64,000 bases of DNA. Source: Candidatus Binatia bacterium. GTDB lineage: Bacteria > Desulfobacterota > Binatia > HRBIN30 > JACQVA1. The notes below the pieces were generated by a model that saw only the letters and a program-made list of their open reading frames with translations, did no database searches and was not told the DNA's origin. Location: the NCBI GenBank assembly GCA_035541895.1, contig DATKMK010000066.1, forward strand, positions 31,004 to 95,003, given 5' to 3'. This document shows positions 35,410 through 45,319 of the stretch, in pieces. Each line of letters starts with the position of its first letter. The stretch's first letter is position 1. A program made the translations under genes and the position numbers.

Positions 35410-36753
35410 CTACTCGATCCCGTACCGCTTGCGCTTGCGCCACAGCGTCGTGGGGTTGATGCCCAGTCGGGCCGCGGCTTCTTCGAGCGTGGCGGCGTCG
35501 GTGAGGACTTGCTGGATGTGGCGGCGCTCGATGTCTTCGAGCGAGAGTGATGGATCGGCCACGGGTGCCGCCGCGACGCGCGGCGGCGCGGCGAGGCGAT
35601 CGGGCAGATCCTCGACTTGAATCAAATCGCCGCGCGACAGCACGACGGCACGCTCCAGCGCGTTGACCAGTTCGCGAATGTTGCCCGGCCACGGATAGGC
35701 CAACAGCGCTGCGCGGGCGTCGTTGCTGAGTTGGAGCGCCGCGCGGCGGTGGCGCGCGCACAACGTCGCGAGCACATGATCGATCAGCGCGGGTAGGTCC
35801 TCGCGACGCTCGCGCAACGGCGGCAGGCGAATCGCGACGACGTTGAGACGGAAATAGAGATCTTCGCGGAAGCGGCCGACCCGCACGTCGGCGTCGAGAT
35901 CGCGATTGGTTGCCGCAATGATGCGCGCGTCGACCTCGATGGTTTCGCTCGACCCCACACGCTCGAAGCGATGCTCTTCGAGGAACCGCAGCAACTTGGC
36001 TTGCAGCTCCGCCGGCAGCTCGCCGACCTCATCGAGGAACACGGTACCGCCGCCCGCGGCTTCCAGCCGTCCGGGCTTGTCCTTCCACGCGCTGGTGAAC
36101 GCGCCCTTCATGTGCCCGAACAGCTCGCTTTCGAGCAGATGCTCGGCCAGCGTCGTGCAACTGATCGTGATGAACGGCGCCGCCGCGCGCGCGCTCCAAC
36201 TGTGAATCGCCGCGGCCAGGACGTTCTTCCCCGTACCGCTTTCCCCCGTCAGCAGCACCGTGACCGACGACTCGGCCACTTGCCGCGCGGTGGCGAGCAC
36301 CCGCTGCATCGACGGACTGCTGGAGTCGAGCAGCGCCGGCTGGTCGATGGCGGATCGCAGCACGCGATTCTCGCGGCGCAGCGCCAGCACTTCCAAGACG
36401 CGCTGGAGCAGCAGCCCAATTTGATCGAGCGAGAACGGCTTCACCAAATAATCGTAAGCGCCCGCGCGCATCGCTTCGACGGCTTGCGGCACCGTGGCGT
36501 ACGCGGTCATCAGCACCACCACCACGTCAGGCTGGCGGCGTCGCATCTCGCGCAGCAGCGCCAGCCCATCCATGCCGGCCATGCGCACGTCCGACAGCAC
36601 GATGTCGACCGCGCCGCGGTCCAGCGCCGCCAGCGCCGCCGCGGCGTCTTCGGCGGTTTCGGCGCCGTGACCAACGCCACGGACGTAGGTTGCAAGATGC
36701 GTCCGAATATTTTTCTCGTCGTCGACGATGAGGACGTTGGCCATGGGTGTCAC
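35410..36753 (-). CDS. Sigma-54-dependent response regulator (NtrC family) encoded after kdpD
   Basis: Receiver (VLIVDDEKNIR ... DVRMAGMDG), AAA+ core (LLTGESGTGKNV, ESELFGHMKGAFTSA, FLDEVGELP, RIIAATNRDL) and a C-terminal HTH (AAARLGINPTTLWRKRKRYGI). The GTG at 36753 overlaps the kdpD stop (GTGA); an alternative ATG lies at 36744. Confidence 0.85.
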   Translation of the reverse strand: MTPMANVLIVDDEKNIRTHLATYVRGVGHGAETAEDAAAALAALDRGAVDIVLSDVRMAGMDGLALLREMRRRQPDVVVVLMTAYATVPQAVEAMRAGAYDYLVKPFSLDQIGLLLQRVLEVLALRRENRVLRSAIDQPALLDSSSPSMQRVLATARQVAESSVTVLLTGESGTGKNVLAAAIHSWSARAAAPFITISCTTLAEHLLESELFGHMKGAFTSAWKDKPGRLEAAGGGTVFLDEVGELPAELQAKLLRFLEEHRFERVGSSETIEVDARIIAATNRDLDADVRVGRFREDLYFRLNVVAIRLPPLRERREDLPALIDHVLATLCARHRRAALQLSNDARAALLAYPWPGNIRELVNALERAVVLSRGDLIQVEDLPDRLAAPPRVAAAPVADPSLSLEDIERRHIQQVLTDAATLEEAAARLGINPTTLWRKRKRYGIE

Positions 36754-39700
36754 CCGCGGGGCAGCTCGATGGTGAAGCGACTGCCGCGACCGACTTCGCT
36801 GTCGAGATGAATGCGCCCGCCGTGGGCTTGCACGATGTCGCGCACGATGGCCAATCCCAACCCCGCCGACCCGATATCACCACCGTCGGCGGACTGCACG
36901 AAGCGCTCGAAGATGCGCTCGCGTTGATCGGCTGGAATCCCGGGACCGGAATCGCTGACGGCGAGCAGCACGGCGCCGTCTTGGGGTAAGGCGTCGATCT
37001 GGACCCGGCCGCCGTCGGGCGTATACCGCAGCGCATTGGAGAGTAGATTGGACAACGCCCAGGTCAGCTTGATCTCGTCTCCCGCGATCGTCAGGCCGTG
37101 GTCCGCTACCACCGTGTCGAGCGCGATATGTTTGTCGCGTGCTTGCGGCGAGAAGATTCTGACCACTCGCGGGATGATGTGACGGAGGTCGACGTTGCGA
37201 CGATCGAGGGCGATCGTCATCGCACGTGCGCGGGACAAGTCGAGCAGGCGTTGCGCCACTTCCTGCAGGCGCGCGACGTCCTCGTGCGCGGTGTCGAGCA
37301 ACGTTCTTTGGTCGGCGGTCAGGACGGGGCCGTCGCGCTGCAACAACTCGAGCGCCATCCGCAACGAGGTGATAGGCGTTCCCAGCTCGTGCGAGAGAGT
37401 GGCGATCAAGGCTTCGCGGCGAGATTCTTGATCGCGCAGGTAGGTCACGTCCTGCAAGCCGAGGATCAGTCCCGCCGGCGAGCCATCGGCGGCGCGGAAG
37501 GGCGTCAACCGCAGCACGAAATAGTGGTCGCGCCCGCGCATGAACAAAGTAATCTCAACCCGTTCCGCCTCGCGTTCGGGGTGCGTCAGAAACTCGTGCA
37601 CGGCGGATCGCAGCCGGAGGTAGTGCGGATGATGTGTACCGAGGGACTCGAATTGGCGGCCGAGCAACTCGGCGCGGTCGACTTCGAGGATGGCACAGGC
37701 AACCTCGTTGACGTGGGCGACGACGCCGGCCGGATCGAGGACGATCAATCCGTCCTCGATGGCTTCGATCACCGCTTCGGTCTTGGCCTTCTCGGCGAGC
37801 ACGACATCGACGCGGGTGCGCTCGATGGCGATCGCGGCCTGGCGCGCGAGCGCTTCGAGGAGTTGGCGCTGATCGAGTGCCAGGCCGCTGCCGGTCGTGG
37901 GCGTTTGGAGTGCGAGCACGCCGACCGCGCCGCGCGCCGTACTGAGCGGCACGTGGAACCAATCGCCGCCGGGCAACGTGTCGGTACCGCGCCCCGCGGG
38001 TTGATTGTGCTCCCACACCCACGTGGCGGCGGCGCGCTCCGCCGCCGTCAGCTCGGTTTCGGATGGGTCGACCGCGCGAGTAAGCAAGCGGCCGCCTTCG
38101 GGCAGCAGCACGGCAACGGCGCCGTGAAACAATTGTCCGACGTGGCGCACGATGATGGGGAGGAGATCCTCGATCCCCGCCGCCCCGGCGAGCAGCTTGC
38201 TGAATTCGTACAGCGCGGCGGTGCGCTCTTCGCGGCGTCGCGCCATGACCGCTTGATCACGAATGCGCGCGGTCAGGTTGCTGGTGATCACGGCGACCAC
38301 CAAGAACACCAACAGCGACAGGATGTCCTGCGGCTTCGTGATGGTGACGGTGTACAGCGGCTCCACGAAGAAGACGTCGTAGATCAGCAAGCTGACGACC
38401 GCGGCGAGGATTGACGGACCGAGACCACCGATGACGGCGCTGAACAAGACGGCGGTGAGAAACACCAAAGCGTAGTCGGTGAGCGAGATCGCGAGCTGCA
38501 GGCCTTTGGCGACGACGCCGGCGATGGCAACGAAGCCGAGCGCTGAAAGATAACGATTCATTGGAATCGCGGGCGCCGCCGTCGGAGCGGCTCGAGGTTC
38601 GGGCTCGGCGGCTTCACTCGAGATGACCCGCACCTCGATGTGGCCGCTGCGACGGATCACTTCGTCCACCGGCGAGCGCCGGCGCAGTTCGAGCCAACGC
38701 GGGCGTAGCGGTTTGCCGAGAATGATCTCGGTGACGTTGTGCCGTTCGGCGAAGCGGATCAACTCCGTGGCGACGCGTTCGCCGGCGATCGTCGCGACTT
38801 CACCGCCGAGCTGCTCGGCAAGTTTCAACATCTTCGCTACGCGATCGCGCTCGTGCTCCGGCCGGCGATGGAACGCCGAGGTCTCGACGAACACCGCCAA
38901 CCAGTCGGCGTGACGCGCGTCGGCGACTCGCCGCGCGGTGCGGATCACGCGCTCCGACATCCGGCCGCCGCTGATGCAGGCCAGAATCCGCTCGGTGACC
39001 GGCCACACGCCCGGGATGGCGTGCGCCTGCATGTACTCGCGCATCTGGTCGTCGACGCGTTCGGCGGTCTGGCGCAGTGCCAACTCACGCAAGGCAGTGA
39101 GGTTGCCGGGACGGAAATAGTTGCGAATCGCGCGCTCGGCCGCCGCGGGCATGTAGACTTTGCCCTCCTGCAGGCGCTGCAGCAGGTCTTCGGGCGTCAC
39201 ATCGACCAGCTTCACCTCGTCGGCGCGCTCGAAAAAGCTGTCGGGGACGGTTTCGCGGATGCGGATGCCGGTAATCTGCGCGACGACGTCGTTGAGGCTT
39301 TCGAGATGCTGAATGTTGACGGTGGTGTAGACGTCGATGCCGGCATCGAGCAGCTCTTCGACGTCGGAGAAGCGCTTCGGATGGCGACTGCCGGGTGCGT
39401 TGGTGTGAGCGAGTTCGTCGACCAGCACGAGCTGCGGCCGGCGGGCGAGGATCGCGTCCAGGTCCATCTCTTCGAGAAGGGTTCCACGATACTCGATATG
39501 CTGGCGCGGCATCACGTCGAGCCCTTCAAGTAGGGCCTGGGTTTCGGCGCGTCCGTGAGTTTCGACCACGCCGATTACCACATCGACGCCTTCGCCGCGC
39601 CGCTCGTGCGCGGCGGCGAGCATCGCGTAGGTTTTTCCCACGCCCGGTGCGGCGCCGACAAAGATCTTCAGGCGACTGCGGGACTCCTTCTTCGCCGCCT

Positions 39701-39755
39701 GCAGGAGCGCCTCGGGCGACGGCCGGCGCTCGTCTCCGTTGAGTTGCGTCACCAA
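36750..39755 (-). CDS. kdpD: Sensor histidine kinase KdpD (KdpD N-domain, Usp, TM, GAF/PAS, HisKA, HATPase)
   Basis: LKIFVGAAPGVGKTYAML, Usp part ERILACISGGRMSERVIRTARRVADARHADWLAVFVETS, four TM helices, H-box LSHELGTPITSL, G-boxes DSGPGIP and GLGLAIVRDIV. The start is the TTG at 39755 or the GTG at 39752. Confidence 0.9.
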   Translation of the reverse strand: MVTQLNGDERRPSPEALLQAAKKESRSRLKIFVGAAPGVGKTYAMLAAAHERRGEGVDVVIGVVETHGRAETQALLEGLDVMPRQHIEYRGTLLEEMDLDAILARRPQLVLVDELAHTNAPGSRHPKRFSDVEELLDAGIDVYTTVNIQHLESLNDVVAQITGIRIRETVPDSFFERADEVKLVDVTPEDLLQRLQEGKVYMPAAAERAIRNYFRPGNLTALRELALRQTAERVDDQMREYMQAHAIPGVWPVTERILACISGGRMSERVIRTARRVADARHADWLAVFVETSAFHRRPEHERDRVAKMLKLAEQLGGEVATIAGERVATELIRFAERHNVTEIILGKPLRPRWLELRRRSPVDEVIRRSGHIEVRVISSEAAEPEPRAAPTAAPAIPMNRYLSALGFVAIAGVVAKGLQLAISLTDYALVFLTAVLFSAVIGGLGPSILAAVVSLLIYDVFFVEPLYTVTITKPQDILSLLVFLVVAVITSNLTARIRDQAVMARRREERTAALYEFSKLLAGAAGIEDLLPIIVRHVGQLFHGAVAVLLPEGGRLLTRAVDPSETELTAAERAAATWVWEHNQPAGRGTDTLPGGDWFHVPLSTARGAVGVLALQTPTTGSGLALDQRQLLEALARQAAIAIERTRVDVVLAEKAKTEAVIEAIEDGLIVLDPAGVVAHVNEVACAILEVDRAELLGRQFESLGTHHPHYLRLRSAVHEFLTHPEREAERVEITLFMRGRDHYFVLRLTPFRAADGSPAGLILGLQDVTYLRDQESRREALIATLSHELGTPITSLRMALELLQRDGPVLTADQRTLLDTAHEDVARLQEVAQRLLDLSRARAMTIALDRRNVDLRHIIPRVVRIFSPQARDKHIALDTVVADHGLTIAGDEIKLTWALSNLLSNALRYTPDGGRVQIDALPQDGAVLLAVSDSGPGIPADQRERIFERFVQSADGGDIGSAGLGLAIVRDIVQAHGGRIHLDSEVGRGSRFTIELPRG

Positions 39756-39764
39756 TCTAGTGTC

Positions 39765-40340
39765 TCACCGTGCCGCCGCGGCGTCCAGCGCCAGGTTGAG
39801 CTGCAGCACGTTCACGCGCGGCTCGCCGAGGAAGGCGAGCTGGCGGCCTTCGATGTGTTGCGTCACCAGTGCCTTCACGCGCGCCTCGTCGAGACCCCGG
39901 AGGCGGGCCACGCGTGGCACTTGGTAGTACGCCGCCGCCGGACTGATATGCGGATCGAGTCCGCTCCCGGATGCCGTCACGAGGTCCACCGGGATCGGGC
40001 CGGTCTGATTCGGGTCCGCGTCACGTAACGCGCTCACGCGGCCCTGAACCGCGTCATGCAAACCGTCGCTCAGCGGTCCCAAATTCGAACCGGACGACGC
40101 GCCGGCGCTGTAGGGCGAAGGCGAGGTCGCCGACAAGCGACCCCAGAAATATTTGGGGTCGTCGAACGGTTGTCCGATCAACGACGAGCCGATGACCTTG
40201 CCGTCCTTGGTGATCAGACTGCCCGCGGCTTGGCTGGGAAAGAGGACTTGGGCGATGCCGGTCACCCCCAGCGGGTAGACGACGCCGGTCAACACGGTCA
40301 GCGCGGCCAGCATGACAATCGCGGTTCGTAGTTCTTTCAT
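39765..40340 (-). CDS. kdpC: K+-transporting ATPase subunit C
   Basis: [24 protein letters not shown] ... GSLI ... [25 protein letters not shown] ... [16 protein letters not shown]: the KdpC pattern; 191 aa. Confidence 0.9.
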   Translation of the reverse strand: MKELRTAIVMLAALTVLTGVVYPLGVTGIAQVLFPSQAAGSLITKDGKVIGSSLIGQPFDDPKYFWGRLSATSPSPYSAGASSGSNLGPLSDGLHDAVQGRVSALRDADPNQTGPIPVDLVTASGSGLDPHISPAAAYYQVPRVARLRGLDEARVKALVTQHIEGRQLAFLGEPRVNVLQLNLALDAAAAR

Positions 40341-40350
40341 CGATATCTCC

Positions 40351-42438
40351 TCAGGCCAATCCCAGAGCGACCAGGATTATGTCGATCAGCTTGATGCCGA
40401 CGAACGGCGCGACGATTCCGCCGAGACCATAGATGAGCAGATTGTCGCGCAGCAGCGCGGCCGCCGGCACAGCACGATACCGCACTCCGCGGAGCGCCAA
40501 CGGGATGAGCGCGACGATGATCAGTGCGTTGAAGATGACGGCCGACAGAATCGCACTCTGAGGCGTTGCCAGCCCCATGACGTTGAGCATGCCGAGTACC
40601 GGATACGTCCCGGCGAAGGCGGCGGGGATGATGGCGAAGTACTTGGCGACGTCGTTGGCGATGCTGAAGGTCGTGAGCGCGCCGCGCGTCATGAGCAGTT
40701 GCTTGCCGATTTCCACGATCTCGATCAGCTTGGTCGGGTTGGAATCGAGGTCGACCATGTTGCCGGCTTCTTTCGCCGCCTGGGTTCCGGTGTTCATGGC
40801 CACGGCGACATCGGCTTGCGCCAGCGCCGGCGCGTCGTTGGTGCCGTCGCCCGTCATGGCGACCAGCCGTCCGCCCTTTTGATAGTCGCGAATGAGGTCG
40901 AGCTTTCGCTCGGGCGTGGCCTGCGCGAGGAAGTCGTCGACGCCGGCCTCGGCGGCGATGGCCGCAGCGGTGAGGGGGTTGTCGCCGGTGATCATCACGG
41001 TTTTGATGCCCATCCGCCGCAACTCGGCAAAGCGGTCTTTGATCCGCGTTTTGACGATGTCCTTCAACTGGATCACGCCCAGCACGTGTGCGCCTTCGGC
41101 CACAACCAACGGCGTGCCGCCCTCGCGCGCGATGATCTCGACGGACGTGCGCACGGCGACCGGGAAGCGGCCGCGCAAACTGGTGACGTACTCCTCGATG
41201 GCGTCGGCGGCACCCTTGCGCACTTGGCGGCCGTTGAGGTTGACGCCGCTCATGCGGGTTTGGGCGCTGAATGGGACGAACTCCGCGCCCAAGGCGTGCA
41301 CCTCGCGTTCGCGTATGCCGTACTTCTCTTTGGCGAGCACGACGATGCTCCGGCCCTCAGGCGTCTCGTCGGCGAGCGAGGCGAGCTGGGCAGCGTCCGC
41401 GAGTTGTTCGGCGTTCACGCCGTCGGCGGGAATGAAGGCCGTGGCTTGGCGATTGCCCAGGGTGATGGTGCCGGTCTTGTCGAGCAGCAGCACGTCGACG
41501 TCGCCGGCGGCCTCCACGGCGCGCCCGGAAATGGCGATGACATTGGCTTGAATCATGCGGTCCATGCCCGCGATCCCGATGGCGGAGAGCAGTCCTCCGA
41601 TCGTCGTCGGAATCAGACAGACGAGCAGCGCGGCGAGCACGGTGACGGTGATCGGGACACCGTGTCCGGCCTCGTTGACCGCGTAGATCGAAAACGGCAA
41701 CAGCGTGACGGTTGCCAACAAGAAGATGATGGTGAGCGCGGCGAGCAAGATGTTGAGGGCGATCTCGTTCGGGGTTTTCTGGCGGCGCGCGCCTTCGACC
41801 ATCGCGATCATGCGATCGAGGAACGTTTCGCCCGGATCGCTGGTGATGCGGACGACGATCCAGTCGGACAGCACACGGGTGCCGCCGGTCACGGCGCTGC
41901 GATCGCCGCCGGCTTCGCGGATGACCGGGGCGCTTTCCCCGGTGATGGCGCTCTCGTCGACTGAGGCGATGCCGATGGAGATCTCGCCATCGCTGGGGAT
42001 GAAGTCACCGGCGGGCACGAACACGAGGTCACCTTTGTGCAGCGACCCACTCGCGGTGGTGGTGAAACGTGCGGCGTCGGGCTTGAAACGATTGGGGTCG
42101 GGCGCGTGGTCGAGTTTCTTGGCGGTGATCTCGCGCCGCGCTTTGCGGAGCGCATCCGCCTGCGCTTTGCCGCGACCTTCGGCCATGGCTTCGGCAAAGT
42201 TGGCGAAGAGCACGGTGAACCACAGCCAGAGCGAGACGGCGAGGATGAATCCCGCGGGCGCTTCGCCGTGCCCACCGAGCGCTTGGAAGTACAGGCATGT
42301 CGTAATGATGCTGCCGACCAGCACCACGAACATGACCGGGTTCTTGAACTGATGGCGCGGATCGAGCTTCAACAACGACGCGACGAGCGCGCCCCGGACA
42401 ATCTCGGCATCAAACAACGGACGAGCTTTGGTCGACAT
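40351..42438 (-). CDS. kdpB: K+-transporting P-type ATPase subunit B
   Basis: [11 protein letters not shown] phosphorylation motif, [27 protein letters not shown], and the N-terminus [21 protein letters not shown], typical of KdpB. Confidence 0.95.
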   Translation of the reverse strand: MSTKARPLFDAEIVRGALVASLLKLDPRHQFKNPVMFVVLVGSIITTCLYFQALGGHGEAPAGFILAVSLWLWFTVLFANFAEAMAEGRGKAQADALRKARREITAKKLDHAPDPNRFKPDAARFTTTASGSLHKGDLVFVPAGDFIPSDGEISIGIASVDESAITGESAPVIREAGGDRSAVTGGTRVLSDWIVVRITSDPGETFLDRMIAMVEGARRQKTPNEIALNILLAALTIIFLLATVTLLPFSIYAVNEAGHGVPITVTVLAALLVCLIPTTIGGLLSAIGIAGMDRMIQANVIAISGRAVEAAGDVDVLLLDKTGTITLGNRQATAFIPADGVNAEQLADAAQLASLADETPEGRSIVVLAKEKYGIREREVHALGAEFVPFSAQTRMSGVNLNGRQVRKGAADAIEEYVTSLRGRFPVAVRTSVEIIAREGGTPLVVAEGAHVLGVIQLKDIVKTRIKDRFAELRRMGIKTVMITGDNPLTAAAIAAEAGVDDFLAQATPERKLDLIRDYQKGGRLVAMTGDGTNDAPALAQADVAVAMNTGTQAAKEAGNMVDLDSNPTKLIEIVEIGKQLLMTRGALTTFSIANDVAKYFAIIPAAFAGTYPVLGMLNVMGLATPQSAILSAVIFNALIIVALIPLALRGVRYRAVPAAALLRDNLLIYGLGGIVAPFVGIKLIDIILVALGLA

Positions 42439-42454
42439 GAACGAATCCTTTGGG

Positions 42455-44257
42455 TTACGCCAGCATCATCAAGTGTTCGACGATCGGTCCCAGCGCGAGC
42501 GCTGGAATGAACGTGAGCGCGCCGACGATGATCACCACCCCGATCAGCATGACGATGAACAGCGGCGTGTGCGTCGGTAGGGTTCCGGGACTCACCGGCA
42601 CCACTTTTTTCTGTGCCAGCGAGCCGGCGATCGCGAGCGTCGGAATCGCCAGCCAGTAGCGCGCGAACAGCATCGCGATGCCGCCGGTCAGATTGTAGAA
42701 GGGCACGTTGGCGTTCAACCCGGCAAAGGCGCTGCCGTTGTTGTTGCCCATCGAACTATAGGCGTAGAGAATCTCGCTGAAGCCGTGGACGCCGGAATTC
42801 AGCCGGCTGGCGACGCCCGCGGGCACGACAACCGCGAGAGCCGTGAAACCGAGGACGATCACCGGTGGGATCAGGATGACAAGCGACGCCATCTTCATCT
42901 CATAGGCTTCGATCTTCTTGCCGAGATACTCCGGCGTACGCCCGACCATCAGGCCAGCGACGAACACGGCGACGATCGCGAACATCAGCATGCCGTACAG
43001 CCCGGAGCCCACGCCGCCGTAGATCACCTCGCCGAGCTGCATCATGAACATCGGGACCAGTCCGCCCAGTGGAGTGAACGAAGCGTGCATCGAGTTGACG
43101 GAGCCGTTGGACGCGGCGGTAGTCGCCGTCGCCCACAAGGCGGAGTTGACGACACCGAAGCGAACTTCCTTGCCTTCCATGTTGCCGCCGGCTTGGAGCG
43201 TGCTGGCGGTCTGATCGGCGCCGAGGGCCGCGAGCTGCGGAGTGCCCCGCTGCTCGGACCAGACGCACAGGCCGAGGAGAACGACGAAAATCACCGTCAT
43301 GGCGGCGAGGACTGCCCATCCCTGACGGGTGTCGCCAACCATCTTTCCAAACGTGTAACAAAGCGCCGCCGAGATCACCAAGATTCCCAACGCCTCGATG
43401 AAGTTGGAGAGCGGCGTTGGGTTCTCGTAGGGATGCGCCGAGTTGACGTTGAAGAAGCCGCCGCCGTTGGTGCCGAGTTGCTTGATCGCGACCTGCGAAG
43501 CGGCCGGGCCCATCGGCAGCGTCTGTTCGGTCAACGGCACCGTTTCGGTTTTCGGCTGACCATGCTCGTCGAGGACCGCGTTGCCGTCGGCATCCTTGAC
43601 GGGGCTGCTGTAGGAAGTCGGCTGAACCAGCGTGACCGTCGCATACGGACTGAAATTCTGCACCACGCCCTGCGAAACCTGGACGAGCGCCCAGAGAATC
43701 GACAACGGCAGTAGGATGTAGAGTGTGGTGCGCGTCAGATCGACCCAGAAGTTGCCGATAAACTTGCTAGTCGTTTGACGCAAACCGCGAATGAGCGGAA
43801 GCAGAACCGCAATGCCTGCAGCCGCTGAGACGAAGTTCTGCACGTTGAGGCCGAGCATCTGCGTGAGATAGCTCATCGTCGATTCGCCGCCGTAGCCCTG
43901 CCAGTTGGTGTTGGTGGCGAAGCTGACCGCGGTGTTGAACGACGAGTCGGATGTGACCGCGCCGAGACCCTGCGGATTGAGCGGCAGAATGCCTTGGAGG
44001 CGCTGCAACGCATAGACGACGAGCAGGCCGAGCAAATTGAAGATCATCATCGCAACGGCATACGTTCGCCACGTCATTCCCTGCTCGGGATCAACGGCGC
44101 AGAAGCGATAGATCAGACGTTCAATCGGGCCGAGCACGCGATCGAGGATCATCGGCGGCCCGTCGAAAACACGCGCCATGTAAGTGCCAAGCGGCCGCGC
44201 GAGGCCGATCAGCACGACCATGTAGAAAACGAGTTGCAGGTAACCGTTGATTGTCAT
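42455..44257 (-). CDS. kdpA: K+-transporting ATPase subunit A
   Basis: The ATG at 44257 gives [31 protein letters not shown], then [10 protein letters not shown] and [10 protein letters not shown] selectivity-filter-like motifs. The ORF-track extension to 44689 runs through kdpF and the promoter. Confidence 0.9.
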   Translation of the reverse strand: MTINGYLQLVFYMVVLIGLARPLGTYMARVFDGPPMILDRVLGPIERLIYRFCAVDPEQGMTWRTYAVAMMIFNLLGLLVVYALQRLQGILPLNPQGLGAVTSDSSFNTAVSFATNTNWQGYGGESTMSYLTQMLGLNVQNFVSAAAGIAVLLPLIRGLRQTTSKFIGNFWVDLTRTTLYILLPLSILWALVQVSQGVVQNFSPYATVTLVQPTSYSSPVKDADGNAVLDEHGQPKTETVPLTEQTLPMGPAASQVAIKQLGTNGGGFFNVNSAHPYENPTPLSNFIEALGILVISAALCYTFGKMVGDTRQGWAVLAAMTVIFVVLLGLCVWSEQRGTPQLAALGADQTASTLQAGGNMEGKEVRFGVVNSALWATATTAASNGSVNSMHASFTPLGGLVPMFMMQLGEVIYGGVGSGLYGMLMFAIVAVFVAGLMVGRTPEYLGKKIEAYEMKMASLVILIPPVIVLGFTALAVVVPAGVASRLNSGVHGFSEILYAYSSMGNNNGSAFAGLNANVPFYNLTGGIAMLFARYWLAIPTLAIAGSLAQKKVVPVSPGTLPTHTPLFIVMLIGVVIIVGALTFIPALALGPIVEHLMMLA

Positions 44258-44346
44258 CAAAACCACTCCGGCTTGAGCAAGGCGATGAACAGATAGACAA
44301 GTAACGCGAGCGAGATCACCCCGCCCACTGCATACAGCAGCGTCAT
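44257..44346 (-). CDS. kdpF: K+-transporting ATPase subunit F (29 aa)
   Basis: Translated by hand: MTLLYAVGGVISLALLVYLFIALLKPEWF. It ends in the KdpF-like L.YL..AL..PE.F pattern. The TGA overlaps the kdpA ATG (TGATG), and AGGAGG lies 8 nt upstream of its ATG. Below the ORF-track size cutoff. Confidence 0.8.
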   Translation of the reverse strand: MTLLYAVGGVISLALLVYLFIALLKPEWF

Positions 44347-44358
44347 GTGAACAGCCTC

Positions 44359-44439
44359 CTACAGTTTCTCGCAGAGGAGGATGAGTCCCCACGAGAGCGC
44401 GAAAAACGCGGCCGTGACCCCGAGATATAGAGCGTCCAT
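44359..44439 (-). CDS. Second tiny hydrophobic ORF (26 aa) at the head of the kdp operon
   Basis: Translated by hand: MDALYLGVTAAFFALSWGLILLCEKL. GAGGAGA lies 6 nt upstream of the ATG. Its TAG overlaps the kdpF Shine-Dalgarno (TAGGAGG). It lies immediately downstream of the sigma-54 promoter. Confidence 0.45.
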   Translation of the reverse strand: MDALYLGVTAAFFALSWGLILLCEKL

Positions 44440-44463
44440 GTGGTCTCCTCTCGCAGGTCGGTG

Positions 44464-44479
44464 AGCAGTGAACATGCCA
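44464..44479 (-). promoter_or_regulatory. Sigma-54 (-24/-12) promoter of the kdp operon
   Basis: The minus strand reads cTGGCATGttcaCTGCTcac against the consensus TGGCACG-N4-TTGCW. The invariant GG and GC are at the exact consensus spacing. It lies about 25 nt upstream of the first small-ORF ATG. The operon ends with a sigma-54-dependent activator gene. Confidence 0.6.
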
Positions 44480-44937
44480 GTCGTGCAGATTGATGAAGAT
44501 CGCAACTGTCCCGCGCCTGAGTAATGCAAAGTCTGCAGACTGCAAGAGCGAGTCGTGCGCGATGCATTCCAGGCGGTGCGAACCGCGCGACGTGGGAATT
44601 TGCGCTACTGAGATTTGTGGGCGCGGGCAGCTCGCCACGCTACGGGAGCCGACGCTGCGATGAGCAAGAACACGAGGATCATGGCTCACCGGTTACCCAC
44701 GTCGCCATCTCCTGCTGCGTCGTGGTCGCGAAAAGTTGCTGCCTCGCGCCGTCCGGCAACTGTGCGTCTTGCAGTTGCGCGCTCCCTCAAACCGCACGGT
44801 CGCATCCGATCCTCCTGAAAAGGCGCTTCCGATCGATGGGCGAGCGCGCTTGGTACGCTTCCTGCCATTGCGGATGCTCCAAGTGATCGCACAACCACTC
44901 GTGAGGTCGACCTCACAACAAGAAAAGGGAGAAAGCC

Positions 44938-45294
44938 ATGAAACGAGTCGATGCAATCGTTCTACCGGACCAGCTCGAGATCGTGCTCCAATCGCTCAAG
45001 GATCGGAAGATTGACGACTACATCGTGTCCGAAGTCGTCGGTTTCGATCATGCGCACGGTCACACTGAATGTTACCGCGGTGCCGAGTATCGCGTCGACG
45101 TGCGGCCGGAGGCCAAGCTCGAGGTCGTCGTCCCGGACGAGATCGCCCTCGCCACGGCGTACGCAATGATCAACGCCACGGCTGCGGCGCGCATTGGCGC
45201 ACCGAGGATCTTCATCACACCGGTGGACGAAGTCGTCCGCGTCCCGCTCGCGGAGGCCGCCATCGCGAGCGGCGAGTGTGCCGCTGCGAGCTAA
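44938..45294 (+). CDS. P-II (GlnB/GlnK) family signal-transduction protein, divergent
   Basis: MKRVDAIVLPDQLEIVLQSLKD ... VSEVVGFDHAHGHTECYRGAEYRVDV ... KLEVVVPDE ... RIFITPVDEVVRV aligns without gaps to GlnB, with the T-loop GHTE.YRGAEY conserved. RBS AAGGGAGA upstream. Confidence 0.75.
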   Translation: MKRVDAIVLPDQLEIVLQSLKDRKIDDYIVSEVVGFDHAHGHTECYRGAEYRVDVRPEAKLEVVVPDEIALATAYAMINATAAARIGAPRIFITPVDEVVRVPLAEAAIASGECAAAS

Positions 45295-45319
45295 CGGATC
45301 GAACGCGAGAGACACGGCA

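Noticed and set aside
40312-43714. Antisense ORFs across kdpB and kdpA (40312..41964, 42785..43714 and smaller ones)
   Set aside because: They are shadow ORFs of highly conserved P-type ATPase and KdpA coding frames, with no independent signals.
44258-44689. The 144-aa N-terminal extension of kdpA offered by the ORF track (42455..44689)
   Set aside because: The extension runs through kdpF, the second mini-ORF and the sigma-54 promoter, and does not resemble KdpA. The KdpA-like sequence begins exactly at the ATG at 44257.
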